Origin: Verrucomicrobiota bacterium
Lineage (GTDB): Bacteria > Verrucomicrobiota > Verrucomicrobiia > Limisphaerales > JAXMHQ01
Length of the DNA: 64,000 bases
Assembly (NCBI GenBank): GCA_046346665.1
Contig: JAXMHQ010000011.1
Span: 55,147 to 119,146 of the forward strand
Direction: 5' to 3'
Positions within the stretch are counted from its first letter, which is position 1. Every line of letters begins with the position of its first letter. The notes below the pieces were generated by a model. It saw only the letters and a list, made by a program, of their open reading frames with translations. It had not been told where the DNA came from and did not search any database. Positions 35,297 through 43,439 of this stretch are shown one piece after another. Position numbers and translations under genes: made by a program.

Positions 35297-38047
35297 TCAT
35301 TGGATCTGCAGCCGGAAAAACCGCTGCAAGGACGCGGTCACCGGGATGGTTGCCGTCTGAACCTGCCCGTCGCCCGGCTGCGACTGCCACGTCTGCCACA
35401 TCGCGTCGCCGAGCGAATCCTTGAACTGCACGACATAGGTGAAGCCGGCCGTGGTCGGGTAGGAGAAACTCAGGTTGGTGCCGGCGAGCGTCACATTTTG
35501 CAGGGTCGGCGGCTGGACCGTCACGGAGACCAGGTTTGTGAGAGTCAGGGTTGCGGACCCGGCCAGGTTGGTGACCGTGAGGGCCACCGTGTAAACTCCA
35601 GGATTTGCGTATTCGTGGTTGGGATTGGATTCGCTGCTGTTGCTGCCGTCGCCGAAATCCCACAGCCAGCTTTCGGCCCCGGCGGAACCATCGCTGAAGC
35701 TCACGTCCAGCGGGGCCGGCCCGCTTGATGGCGCGGCGATGAACCCCGCCTGCGGCGCGAGGTCCGCCACCAGTTGAAAATTGCCCGATCCAAAAACCCG
35801 TTTGATCACCAGGAACGCTTCGGTGTTCGCCGGCGGGAGATAATTGAGAAACTCGTCCAGGCCCGGCCCGGTTGCGGTGCTCGACGCCAGGATCACCGGC
35901 TTGCCGTAGGTGCCCGGCGCGAAGCTGTAGAGGTAGACATCGAAATCGCCCGTGCCCGGCACTGTCAGGCTGGCGGCAAAAGCCCGGCCGGCCGCCAGGC
36001 TGACGTGGCGCGCCCACGCGCGGCGCTCGGTCGCGCCGGAGGCAAACGCGTCATTGTTCGTGCCCGGAACCAGGGGGACGGTCGCGGCCTCGACGGCGGC
36101 GTCCGGATTGATCATGCCGTAGCCTTCGTATTGATCCTTGCCGGCCGGGAATCCGTTGGTGCCGGGATTTGCGCGCTGCAGGGTGGGGTTGTTCAGATTG
36201 TTTTCCCGGTTCTGGTTGGATTCCGAAGCGGTGGCGCACAAAAGCATCTTCACCAGCATCGGGTGTTGCGACGAGTTGAAGTCCCAGGCGAGGCCGTGCT
36301 GCTGAAGGGCATCAATGACGAGCGCCGCCGCCCCGGCCGCAAACGGCGCCGCCACGGAGGTTCCCTGCGTCGCCCAATAATCGTTCGACTGCTGGTCCGC
36401 GAAGGACGGGCCGTCGCCGGAATTGCTGTCCACCGCGACGATCGCCGAATAAAAACTGGAACCGCCGGGCGCCATCAGGTCGGGCTTGTAATCCTCCTCC
36501 TGCCCGGTGACCGCGCTCGGCGAGCCGAATCCCTGGCTGGAATAATCCGTCAACTGGTTCACATCATTGGCCGCCGCCACCGTCAGCGCCATCGCCGCGC
36601 GGCCCGGGTCGTCGGTCTCCCTCGATGCCGCCGGGGATAACAAACCGTCGTTGCCGCCGGAACAGGTCACGAGGATGCCGTTGTTCACGGCGGAATTCAC
36701 CTTCTGGCGCGTGGTGGTGGAGATGCCGGGATTGCCGGTCGCACCGAGGCTGAGATTCATCACCTTGATCTGGTCCGTGACGCGGTTGGCAACGAGATCG
36801 TCAATGGCCGCCGCGGTCCAGCTCAGCAGGCCGCTGCTGTCGTTTGCAAAAACCTTGGCCGCCGCCCAGTTGCAACCCGGCGCCACGCCCCGCATCCGGT
36901 TGAACCCGTCGATGCCTGGATATTGCGGGATGACGAAACGAATGACGTAATCGCTCATCGAGCCGTTGGACACCAGGACGGGCGAATATTCCTTCCCGAC
37001 ACTGCCGGTGACGGTGGTGGTCAGGGTCAGCGGCGAGGGGCCGGTGGCGGTTGTTCCATCCACCGCCCAACCCGTCTTGGTCCCCTTGTTGTGCGAAACG
37101 ATTTCCAGCGTGCCGTTGCCGCCGCCGATCCACGTCGCGACGGCGGTGAGGGAGATCGTGTTGGTTGGGAATTCGAAGGCCGTGGTCACGAAGTTTCCAT
37201 TGAACACCCCGGACAGACTGCCTTCGAGCGTCACGGGCAGCGGGCCGGTTGCGTTGCCGCCCGCGGCGCCCGTGCCGAAAGCGACCGACGCCACGTGCGA
37301 ACCGTGCTGCGTCATGTCCACCGGCGTCGCGCTGTTGTCCGTCGAATAATCCTTCCAATACAACCCGCGCCCCGCGAGATCGGTGTGCGCGGCGTCGATG
37401 CCGGAGTCCACGATCGCGATGGTGATGTTGGTGCCTCCGCTGAACCCGGACGGTTTGCCGGCAAAGCCGGCCGACCACACCGGCCGGGCCCGGCCGGTGC
37501 GCGTGGCGAGGTCCAGGTGCATTTTCGACGCGCGGGATTCCTCGACGAGCACGAGTGAAGCGCCGAGTGCCGCGGGCAGGTCCGGCAGCCGCTCGAGCGG
37601 CACGCGGCCGTTCCATCCGTAGGAAACCGCCTTGTAAAGATGCTGGATCCGGCCGCCGAGCCTCTGGAACTCGTCGATTTGCGCCTGGGTCACCTGGCGG
37701 TCGAACACCAGTTCCACGTCGACCGGGGACGAGAGCCGGTTTCGTGCGGCGGCTTTCCCGGCGGCACCGGCCGCGTTCTTTAGTTCCGTCGCCGCGGCGG
37801 CGCAGCGTTCGGACAGGGCATCTTCGATCGGGCCGCCCCGCGTGCAATTCGGGTAGGACCGGGCGATGCGCGGGGGAATGCGCGGCTCGGGCGGCGCGAT
37901 CCAGGTTTCCTGGGCCGGGGCGGGCGCCGGTTGCAGCAGAAAAAGGAGAAGGATTCCCGTCGGGCGAAGCGCCGCGGGGATTTCAAGGCCTCGCCCGCGG
38001 AGGGTGCGACGAAGCCGGGCAGCCAGGCTTAGCAGACCTTCGGACAT
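35297..38047 (-). CDS. Secreted S8 (subtilisin-family) serine peptidase with PPC-like and PKD domains and a C-terminal FYRL domain
   Basis: Catalytic triad contexts IAIVDSGID (Asp), HGSHVASV (His), [15 protein letters not shown] (Ser). PKD: [10 protein letters not shown]...WDFGDGS...[18 protein letters not shown]-terminus ...[10 protein letters not shown]. Confidence 0.9.
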   Translation of the reverse strand: MSEGLLSLAARLRRTLRGRGLEIPAALRPTGILLLFLLQPAPAPAQETWIAPPEPRIPPRIARSYPNCTRGGPIEDALSERCAAAATELKNAAGAAGKAAARNRLSSPVDVELVFDRQVTQAQIDEFQRLGGRIQHLYKAVSYGWNGRVPLERLPDLPAALGASLVLVEESRASKMHLDLATRTGRARPVWSAGFAGKPSGFSGGTNITIAIVDSGIDAAHTDLAGRGLYWKDYSTDNSATPVDMTQHGSHVASVAFGTGAAGGNATGPLPVTLEGSLSGVFNGNFVTTAFEFPTNTISLTAVATWIGGGNGTLEIVSHNKGTKTGWAVDGTTATGPSPLTLTTTVTGSVGKEYSPVLVSNGSMSDYVIRFVIPQYPGIDGFNRMRGVAPGCNWAAAKVFANDSSGLLSWTAAAIDDLVANRVTDQIKVMNLSLGATGNPGISTTTRQKVNSAVNNGILVTCSGGNDGLLSPAASRETDDPGRAAMALTVAAANDVNQLTDYSSQGFGSPSAVTGQEEDYKPDLMAPGGSSFYSAIVAVDSNSGDGPSFADQQSNDYWATQGTSVAAPFAAGAAALVIDALQQHGLAWDFNSSQHPMLVKMLLCATASESNQNRENNLNNPTLQRANPGTNGFPAGKDQYEGYGMINPDAAVEAATVPLVPGTNNDAFASGATERRAWARHVSLAAGRAFAASLTVPGTGDFDVYLYSFAPGTYGKPVILASSTATGPGLDEFLNYLPPANTEAFLVIKRVFGSGNFQLVADLAPQAGFIAAPSSGPAPLDVSFSDGSAGAESWLWDFGDGSNSSESNPNHEYANPGVYTVALTVTNLAGSATLTLTNLVSVTVQPPTLQNVTLAGTNLSFSYPTTAGFTYVVQFKDSLGDAMWQTWQSQPGDGQVQTATIPVTASLQRFFRLQIQ

Positions 38048-38295
38048 ATTACCGCAGGACTACAAAAGGCGCTGGTGCACGTGGGTTGCCCAGGCAAACA
38101 TTGATTGATATTTAGCACACGGCAAGCCATGCGTAAATTCCCGCGAAAATCCGGCGAACCGCTGCGGGAGGCATGCGCAAAATAAAGCATCGTGATCAGT
38201 AATCCCCAAGCACTTTGGGCAAATCTCATCATGCGCCCGGCGGTGCCTTGCTGAATAGCCGCACAAATATGCGGTTTCCAAAACCCAACCCGTTC

Positions 38296-38311
38296 TGGTA
38301 TGCTGCTTGCT
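38296..38311 (+). promoter_or_regulatory. Sigma-54 (-24/-12) type promoter upstream of the PEP-CTERM gene
   Basis: TGGTATGCTGCTTGCT matches TGGCACG-N4-TTGCW at 10 of 12 defined positions and lies 83 nt upstream of ATG 38394. Confidence 0.6.
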
Positions 38312-38393
38312 CGACGGATTATAGTGGTGTTGCGGGCGCCGCGTGGGCCCTGCAATTCCAGAAGAACCAAACAAATCAGAAAGCTGTAACCTT

Positions 38394-39077
38394 ATGCGCA
38401 ATCTTTGCGTCCTCACACTGCTGGCCGCGTCCGCGGCCTTTTACCCGATGGCCTCCCAGGCCACTGTTCACTCCACAGTTCTCGGCTCGCCTTTGACGAC
38501 CGATCCCAACCCCGGCGGCGGCGACAACGACGGCACCGGTGTCTGGTTCAACCCGTTGACCGGTTATTCCGAAAGCCGCGGTTATTATTTTCCCAACCCG
38601 CTGTTTGAGGACGGGAAGTATTTCCTGGTGATGGACACCCAATATGCCCAGACCGAGGCCGAAGTGTTCACCGAAGGCTTCTTCTCGCGCGGCAACGGCG
38701 TGATCTACGCCAGCGCCGGCAACCTGAACCCGGCCCGATTCGGCGACGGCGTCAGCATCGGACCCAGCTCCGGTTACCAGTCGCCCGGCGCCGGTTACAC
38801 GGATCTCGGCCCCACGTTCGGCAACTGGGCCGCAGGCGGCCACGGCTATCTCGGCCTCACCATCCGCAACCCGCTGGGCGCCACGTCGAGCGACATCTTC
38901 TACGGCTACGCCGAAATCAATGTGAATCCCGATTTCAGCATCACGCTGTTGAGCTTCGCCTACAACGACGTTGAGAACGCGGCGATCACGACCGTGTCCA
39001 CCGTTCCGGAACCCGCCACGATGAGCCTGGCGCTGCTGGGCCTCGGCGCCCTGGCGCTGCGCCGCCGCCGCGCCTGA
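38394..39077 (+). CDS. PEP-CTERM sorting-domain secreted protein
   Basis: Signal peptide MRNLCVLTLLAASAAFYPMASQA. C-terminus VPEPATMSLALLGLGALALRRRRA is the PEP motif + TM helix + Arg cluster. Confidence 0.9.
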   Translation: MRNLCVLTLLAASAAFYPMASQATVHSTVLGSPLTTDPNPGGGDNDGTGVWFNPLTGYSESRGYYFPNPLFEDGKYFLVMDTQYAQTEAEVFTEGFFSRGNGVIYASAGNLNPARFGDGVSIGPSSGYQSPGAGYTDLGPTFGNWAAGGHGYLGLTIRNPLGATSSDIFYGYAEINVNPDFSITLLSFAYNDVENAAITTVSTVPEPATMSLALLGLGALALRRRRA

Positions 39078-39245
39078 ACCCTCTTGAACTGCACGGCGCC
39101 GGGATTCTCTCCCGGCGCCTTTTTCTTGTACCCACCTCCGTGTGGATCCATGTTCATCCGTGGCTGAAATGAATAGGCTGGCCGCCGAAGCGCGGGAAAA
39201 AGATTGCGCAATCGGCGCGGGTTCGGCCAGATTATCGGGCCCGGT

Positions 39246-39336
39246 GGAGAGATGGCTGAGTGGTTTAAAGCGCACGCCTGGAAAGCGTGAGTAGGTCAAA
39301 AGCCTACCGGGGGTTCGAATCCCCCTCTCTCCGCCA
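39246..39336 (+). tRNA. tRNA-Ser (anticodon GGA), CCA encoded
   Basis: Acceptor GGAGAGA/TCTCTCC. Anticodon arm CACGC-CTGGAAA-GCGTG. Long variable arm (TAGG...CCTA). T arm GGGGG-TTCGAAT-CCCCC. Discriminator G followed by CCA. Confidence 0.95.
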
Positions 39337-39549
39337 GTCTTCGCTCGCCGCGTAGCAAAAGCGAAGACTGCCGCGCCGTAGTGAAACGCAGGCGGGCGGG
39401 GAGCGAAAGTGGTTGCGATGTCGGCGAGCTACGACCGGGCATACCAGTTCTGCGAAGTAGTTTCAACGGGATTTCCGATGGGGGTTCTCTACGCGTGCAT
39501 TCCACCAAGCAGGTCCGATCCACACCGTTTTTATGTGGGTTCCAGCTCC

Positions 39550-39610
39550 AAATGTTGAATGTCTAGATGTGACACCAGGTCCCGGTGTCACATCTAGACA
39601 TTCAACATTT
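39550..39610. repeat. Perfect 27-bp-stem AT-rich palindrome
   Basis: AAATGTTGAATGTCTAGATGTGACACC (39550-39576), loop AGGTCCC, exact reverse complement at 39584-39610. Lies between tRNA-Ser (+) and the 3' end of the minus-strand Mla operon. Confidence 0.95.
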
Positions 39611-39713
39611 GGGCGGGGGGACGGGAAAAAAACTGTTTTCGGATCCGTGTGAATCCGTGTGATCCGTGGTTAAAAAGGGTTTTGGTTTGAGTCTCCTGAC
39701 GTCGACGCCTACA

Positions 39714-40346
39714 TCACCTGGTCGTCCTGGACGAGGCCAGATCGGCGGTGAGTTGTTTCATGATTTGGGCGAGCGCTTCGTCGTAGCCGGCGACCAGGCA
39801 GGCGGCGGTGTTGTCCTTGAGGGCGATGCGGCTGGAGTAATCTTTGTTCAACAAAATGGCGGGCGTGGCGGTGTTGTTCGGCTGAACCACGAGGGCGTGG
39901 AGCGACAGCACGGCCCCGGGGGGGGCGGATTTGCGAAAGTCTCCATATAATTCCGAGACCCGGATTTCGATGACTAGCTCCGGTTTCAGCGGACTGTCTT
40001 CCAGCACCACATCCTGAAAGAGGCCGCTATTCCGGAGGTAACTGCGAATCGGGATCGCCAGCGTCCGCTCCGGCGGGATCAGGAATCCGGCGTAGGGATC
40101 CAATTCGTAGGAATCGGATCCGGTGCGGTAGACCAGCGCGCGGCGGGCGAACAGGGGGGAGATGCCGGGCGTGCGCATTTCGAGCACGGGTCCCGAGTTT
40201 GTCTGGCGATCTTCCGCCGGCGGGTTTTGCAGCGCGAAGTTTTGGCGGGTGAGGGCGGGTCGGGAAAGGCAGCCGGAGACCAGGATTCCGAGGCAGCAAA
40301 CGAGCATGGCCGGACGTCGGGCGCAGAGGGCGTTCATTGTTCTCAT
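39714..40346 (-). CDS. ABC-type transport auxiliary lipoprotein (PqiC/YmbA-like, DUF330)
   Basis: Lipobox ILVSGC. ~200 aa. Last gene of the MCE operon, the typical position for this family. Confidence 0.6.
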   Translation of the reverse strand: MRTMNALCARRPAMLVCCLGILVSGCLSRPALTRQNFALQNPPAEDRQTNSGPVLEMRTPGISPLFARRALVYRTGSDSYELDPYAGFLIPPERTLAIPIRSYLRNSGLFQDVVLEDSPLKPELVIEIRVSELYGDFRKSAPPGAVLSLHALVVQPNNTATPAILLNKDYSSRIALKDNTAACLVAGYDEALAQIMKQLTADLASSRTTR

Positions 40347-40361
40347 AATATCAGTGGGGAA

Positions 40362-41309
40362 TCAGTGTGTTTCCGGGCGGACGCTGCTGGCGGGGATCGG
40401 AGGGGCGCCGAAAATGAAACCGGATGGGTATTGTTTCAGCTCGATGAGGACCTCGTTGAGGGTGCGCACGGCCTGGCGAATGTCGTCGATGGTGCCCGCC
40501 ACCGGTGCCTGGTTGGCGTGATTCAGCAGCACCTGGAGCTTGTCGTTGGTTTGCTGCAGTCCGGTGATCAGCGCGTCGGCGTTGCGGCCCGTCTTGTCGA
40601 GGTGCATCCCCTTGATGGTTTCCTTCACCTCCATCACCACCTGGTTCAGTTGAATGAGCAGTGCGTTCGCGTTGGTTCCAATGGACGTCAGGTTGACATG
40701 TTCCAGTTCCTCGGTCATCCGGGTCATGCCGGAGAGCACGTTGGTGACGCCTTTGGTCACTGCGACGAAGTCGATCTGCTCGACATCGTGGAGCGATTTT
40801 TCGATCGCTTCCAGGAGCCGGGTGAACTGGCTGGGTGCGGAGGGGATGTAGAAATGGTTCGGGGTGAAATCGATTTCCGGGGGCGGGTATTGATCGGGGT
40901 CCAGGTAATCCAGCGAGACGATGCAGGTGCCGGTGATGCCCTGGCCCTTGACGATGGCGCGGAGTCCACGTTTGATCTCACGTTTCAGCACGGCGCCGCG
41001 CTCGTTGGCGGTGACACTCGGCAGGATGTGCTGTTCCACTTCGAATTCGACGATGATATAGCCGTTGGTGGCGCCGGGGTAGAGGCTCCAGTCGAAACCG
41101 ATCCGGCTGACTTTGCCGATGGGAACGCCGCGCAATTCGACGGCGGACCCGACGGACAATCCGGCGACGTCGCCGAGGATGGCTGTTTCCGCGAGGTTTT
41201 TGGCGGTGAACAGGCTTCGGGCGCCGAAAGCCAGCAGGCCGGCGACGAGCAGGGCAATTGAGCCCAGCACAAAGAATCCGATTCTGACATTGTTGGCTTT
41301 CGTGCTCAT
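40362..41309 (-). CDS. mlaD: MCE/MlaD-family substrate-binding protein
   Basis: ATG 41309. N-terminal TM helix VRIGFFVLGSIALLVAGLLAFG. MCE core GLSVGSAVELRGVPIGKV. Confidence 0.85.
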   Translation of the reverse strand: MSTKANNVRIGFFVLGSIALLVAGLLAFGARSLFTAKNLAETAILGDVAGLSVGSAVELRGVPIGKVSRIGFDWSLYPGATNGYIIVEFEVEQHILPSVTANERGAVLKREIKRGLRAIVKGQGITGTCIVSLDYLDPDQYPPPEIDFTPNHFYIPSAPSQFTRLLEAIEKSLHDVEQIDFVAVTKGVTNVLSGMTRMTEELEHVNLTSIGTNANALLIQLNQVVMEVKETIKGMHLDKTGRNADALITGLQQTNDKLQVLLNHANQAPVAGTIDDIRQAVRTLNEVLIELKQYPSGFIFGAPPIPASSVRPETH

Positions 41310-41311
41310 AA

Positions 41312-42094
41312 CTATTTGGCGGCGGCCGGTTGAGGCGCGGTGGCCTGGCGATTGAAGAACTGTCGCACCCACGGATTGTCCGAGTGATCCCGCAAATCCC
41401 GGGGCAGTCCTTCGCCGATGATGCCCCGGGACTTGGCGTCCAGCATGATGACCCGGTCCGCGATGGCGAAAATGCTCTGCAATTCGTGGGTGACGACGAC
41501 GAAGGTGATCCCGAGGTTTTTGGACAAATCCCGGATCACCTCGTCGAGGCCGGCGGAGGTGATCGGGTCGAGGCCTGCGGACGGTTCATCCAGGAAGAGA
41601 ATCCCGGGATCCAGGGCCATGGCGCGGGCGATGGCGGCGCGTTTCTGCATGCCGCCGCTGAGTTCGCCCGGCATTTTGTCGGCAGCGGTTTCCATGGACA
41701 CCAGTTTGAGTTTCATGAGGGCGATGACCTCGACCGCTTCCGGGGGCAGGTCGGTGAACTCGTTCAACGGCATGGAGACGTTTTCCAGGACGGTCATGGA
41801 GCCGAAGAGCGCGCCGCTTTGGTACATCACGCCGAACTTGCGCAAAATCCGGAGGCGATCCTCGCCTTGCGCGGCCGCCAGGTTGTCCTGTCCAAACCAG
41901 ATTTCGCCCGAGAGGGGCGGGTAGAGGCCGATGAGGTGTTTCAGCAGCGTGCTTTTGCCGCAGCCGGATCCGCCGAGGATCACGAAGACCTCCCCGCGGC
42001 GCACGCTGAAATTGAGGTTCTCGAGGAGGGGCGTTTGACCGTAGCCAATCGCCAGGTTTTTCGCGGTGATGACCGTGTCGCTCGAGCCGCTCAT
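41312..42094 (-). CDS. mlaF: ABC transporter ATP-binding protein (MlaF-like)
   Basis: ATG 42094 overlaps the mlaE stop (ATGA). Walker A GGSGCGKST, signature LSGGMQKRAAIARA, Walker B ILFLDEPSAGLD. The longer ORF-track form (to 42754) is an out-of-frame extension through mlaE. Confidence 0.9.
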   Translation of the reverse strand: MSGSSDTVITAKNLAIGYGQTPLLENLNFSVRRGEVFVILGGSGCGKSTLLKHLIGLYPPLSGEIWFGQDNLAAAQGEDRLRILRKFGVMYQSGALFGSMTVLENVSMPLNEFTDLPPEAVEVIALMKLKLVSMETAADKMPGELSGGMQKRAAIARAMALDPGILFLDEPSAGLDPITSAGLDEVIRDLSKNLGITFVVVTHELQSIFAIADRVIMLDAKSRGIIGEGLPRDLRDHSDNPWVRQFFNRQATAPQPAAAK

Positions 42095-43254
42095 AGGTGG
42101 AGGAAATAGAGAAGGACGGCCACGACGGCGTCGGCGATGATGATGAGGAGGATGCCGCTGACGACGGAGCGGGTGGTGGATTCGCCGACGGCGCTCGGGC
42201 CTTGTCGGGTTTGGAGGCCGCGCAGGCAGCCGATGCCCGCGATGAGAGCGCCGAAGATGACGCCTTTGCCGACCCCGATCAGGATGTCGCGGTAATGGAG
42301 CGTCTGGGCCATTTGATTGTAGATGGTGACGAGGGGAAAGCCCATGGCCATCATGACCAGGACGCCGCCGGCGATGGAGACAAAGATGGAATAAACGGTC
42401 AGCAACGGCGTGAGCAGGATGCCGGCGAGGACGCGTTGAACGACCAGGAATTGCACCGGGCTCAGTCCCATGGTTTCGAGCGCGTTGAGCTCCTCGTTGA
42501 CTTTCATGGTGCCCAGTTCGGCGGCGAAGGCGGAACCGGAGCGGCCGGCGAGGATGATGCCGGTGACCAGGCCGCTCAATTCCCGCGCCATGATGATCCC
42601 GAGCATGTTGGCGATAAAGATCTGCGCGCCGAACATGGCGAACGGAGTGGCGGCTTCGAAGGCGATGATCAAGCCCATCAACAGGCTGATCATCGACACG
42701 ATCGGCAGGGCGTTGACGCCGGCGGTTTCGAAAATGCGGCGGACTTCGCCCCACCGCATTTTCTTGGGTGCAACCAGGTTCGCGGCGAGCGCCGTGGAGA
42801 CTTCGCCCACGAAGGCGACCTCCTCCTTCCAGTCCTGGATGGCGGCAACAACCGTGTCCCCGACCTGTTCCGTGATGCGCGGCCGGGGCCGGCTTTTCGA
42901 AATGTTCTGCCGGAAATCTTCCGCGCTGAACCGGCTGAACTCGGATTCAAACTGTGGATGCAAACCCGAGATCGTGACCGTGGCCCCGGCGGGGGTCATT
43001 CCGCCGAATTGGAGGAAATGCAGCAAGGCCAGGCCGGCTCCATCGCAATGCTCCAGGCCGGCGGCATTGATCTCCAGGGTTGTGACCCTGTTTTGGCCAA
43101 GCTGGCGTTGCAGATCCTGCCAGATCGCCGCGGTCGTATGAATGTCCAGCGTGCCGAGCAGGTTCAAGCTCGCGGCGCCCGGGGCACCCGGGCTCAATTG
43201 GAATCTCGCGGCGGCATCGGGTGTCGCCCCGGCGTTCGATGTTCCAGCATTCAT
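42091..43254 (-). CDS. mlaE: MlaE-like ABC permease with N-terminal STAS (MlaB-like) domain
   Basis: N-terminal ~110 aa LNLLGTLDIHTTAAIWQDLQRQL...LEINAAGLEHCDGAGLALLHF fit the STAS pattern. The C-terminal ~260 aa are a 5-6 TM MlaE permease (FGAQIFIANMLGIIMARELSGLVTGIILAGRSGSAFAAELGTMKVNEELNALETMG). Confidence 0.85.
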   Translation of the reverse strand: MNAGTSNAGATPDAAARFQLSPGAPGAASLNLLGTLDIHTTAAIWQDLQRQLGQNRVTTLEINAAGLEHCDGAGLALLHFLQFGGMTPAGATVTISGLHPQFESEFSRFSAEDFRQNISKSRPRPRITEQVGDTVVAAIQDWKEEVAFVGEVSTALAANLVAPKKMRWGEVRRIFETAGVNALPIVSMISLLMGLIIAFEAATPFAMFGAQIFIANMLGIIMARELSGLVTGIILAGRSGSAFAAELGTMKVNEELNALETMGLSPVQFLVVQRVLAGILLTPLLTVYSIFVSIAGGVLVMMAMGFPLVTIYNQMAQTLHYRDILIGVGKGVIFGALIAGIGCLRGLQTRQGPSAVGESTTRSVVSGILLIIIADAVVAVLLYFLHL

Positions 43255-43439
43255 GGCCGCTTAATGCCGGCAAGGATGCCGGGAGGCACGGCCGCTGGCG
43301 AAATAAATCTGCGATCGGAAGGCGCGGAGATGCCGATTGTTTGCCGATTCAAACGTACTCGGGGCAACTTCTTCTGGGCCAAAATCACCCTGGTGTTTTA
43401 AACGTAATCAAGGTCTCGGGGCCGTTCATGCGCTGCTAT

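Noticed and set aside
39336-39369. Hairpin AGTCTTCGCT...AGCGAAGACT directly after tRNA-Ser as a terminator
   Set aside because: The 10-bp stem has a 14-nt loop and no following T-run. It may be a processing or terminator structure, but the evidence is too thin to call.
22438-39713. tRNA-Ser-associated integrative genomic island
   Set aside because: No integrase, recombinase or mobility gene is present, and I could find no direct repeat of the tRNA 3' end near 22.5 kb. Only the palindrome bracketing remains, and it is reported separately as a hypothesis.
41312-42754. 480-aa ORF-track version of the MlaF gene with a 220-aa Arg/Pro/His-rich N-terminus
   Set aside because: The extension runs out of frame through mlaE. 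The ATPase begins at ATG 42094, which overlaps the mlaE stop (ATGA).
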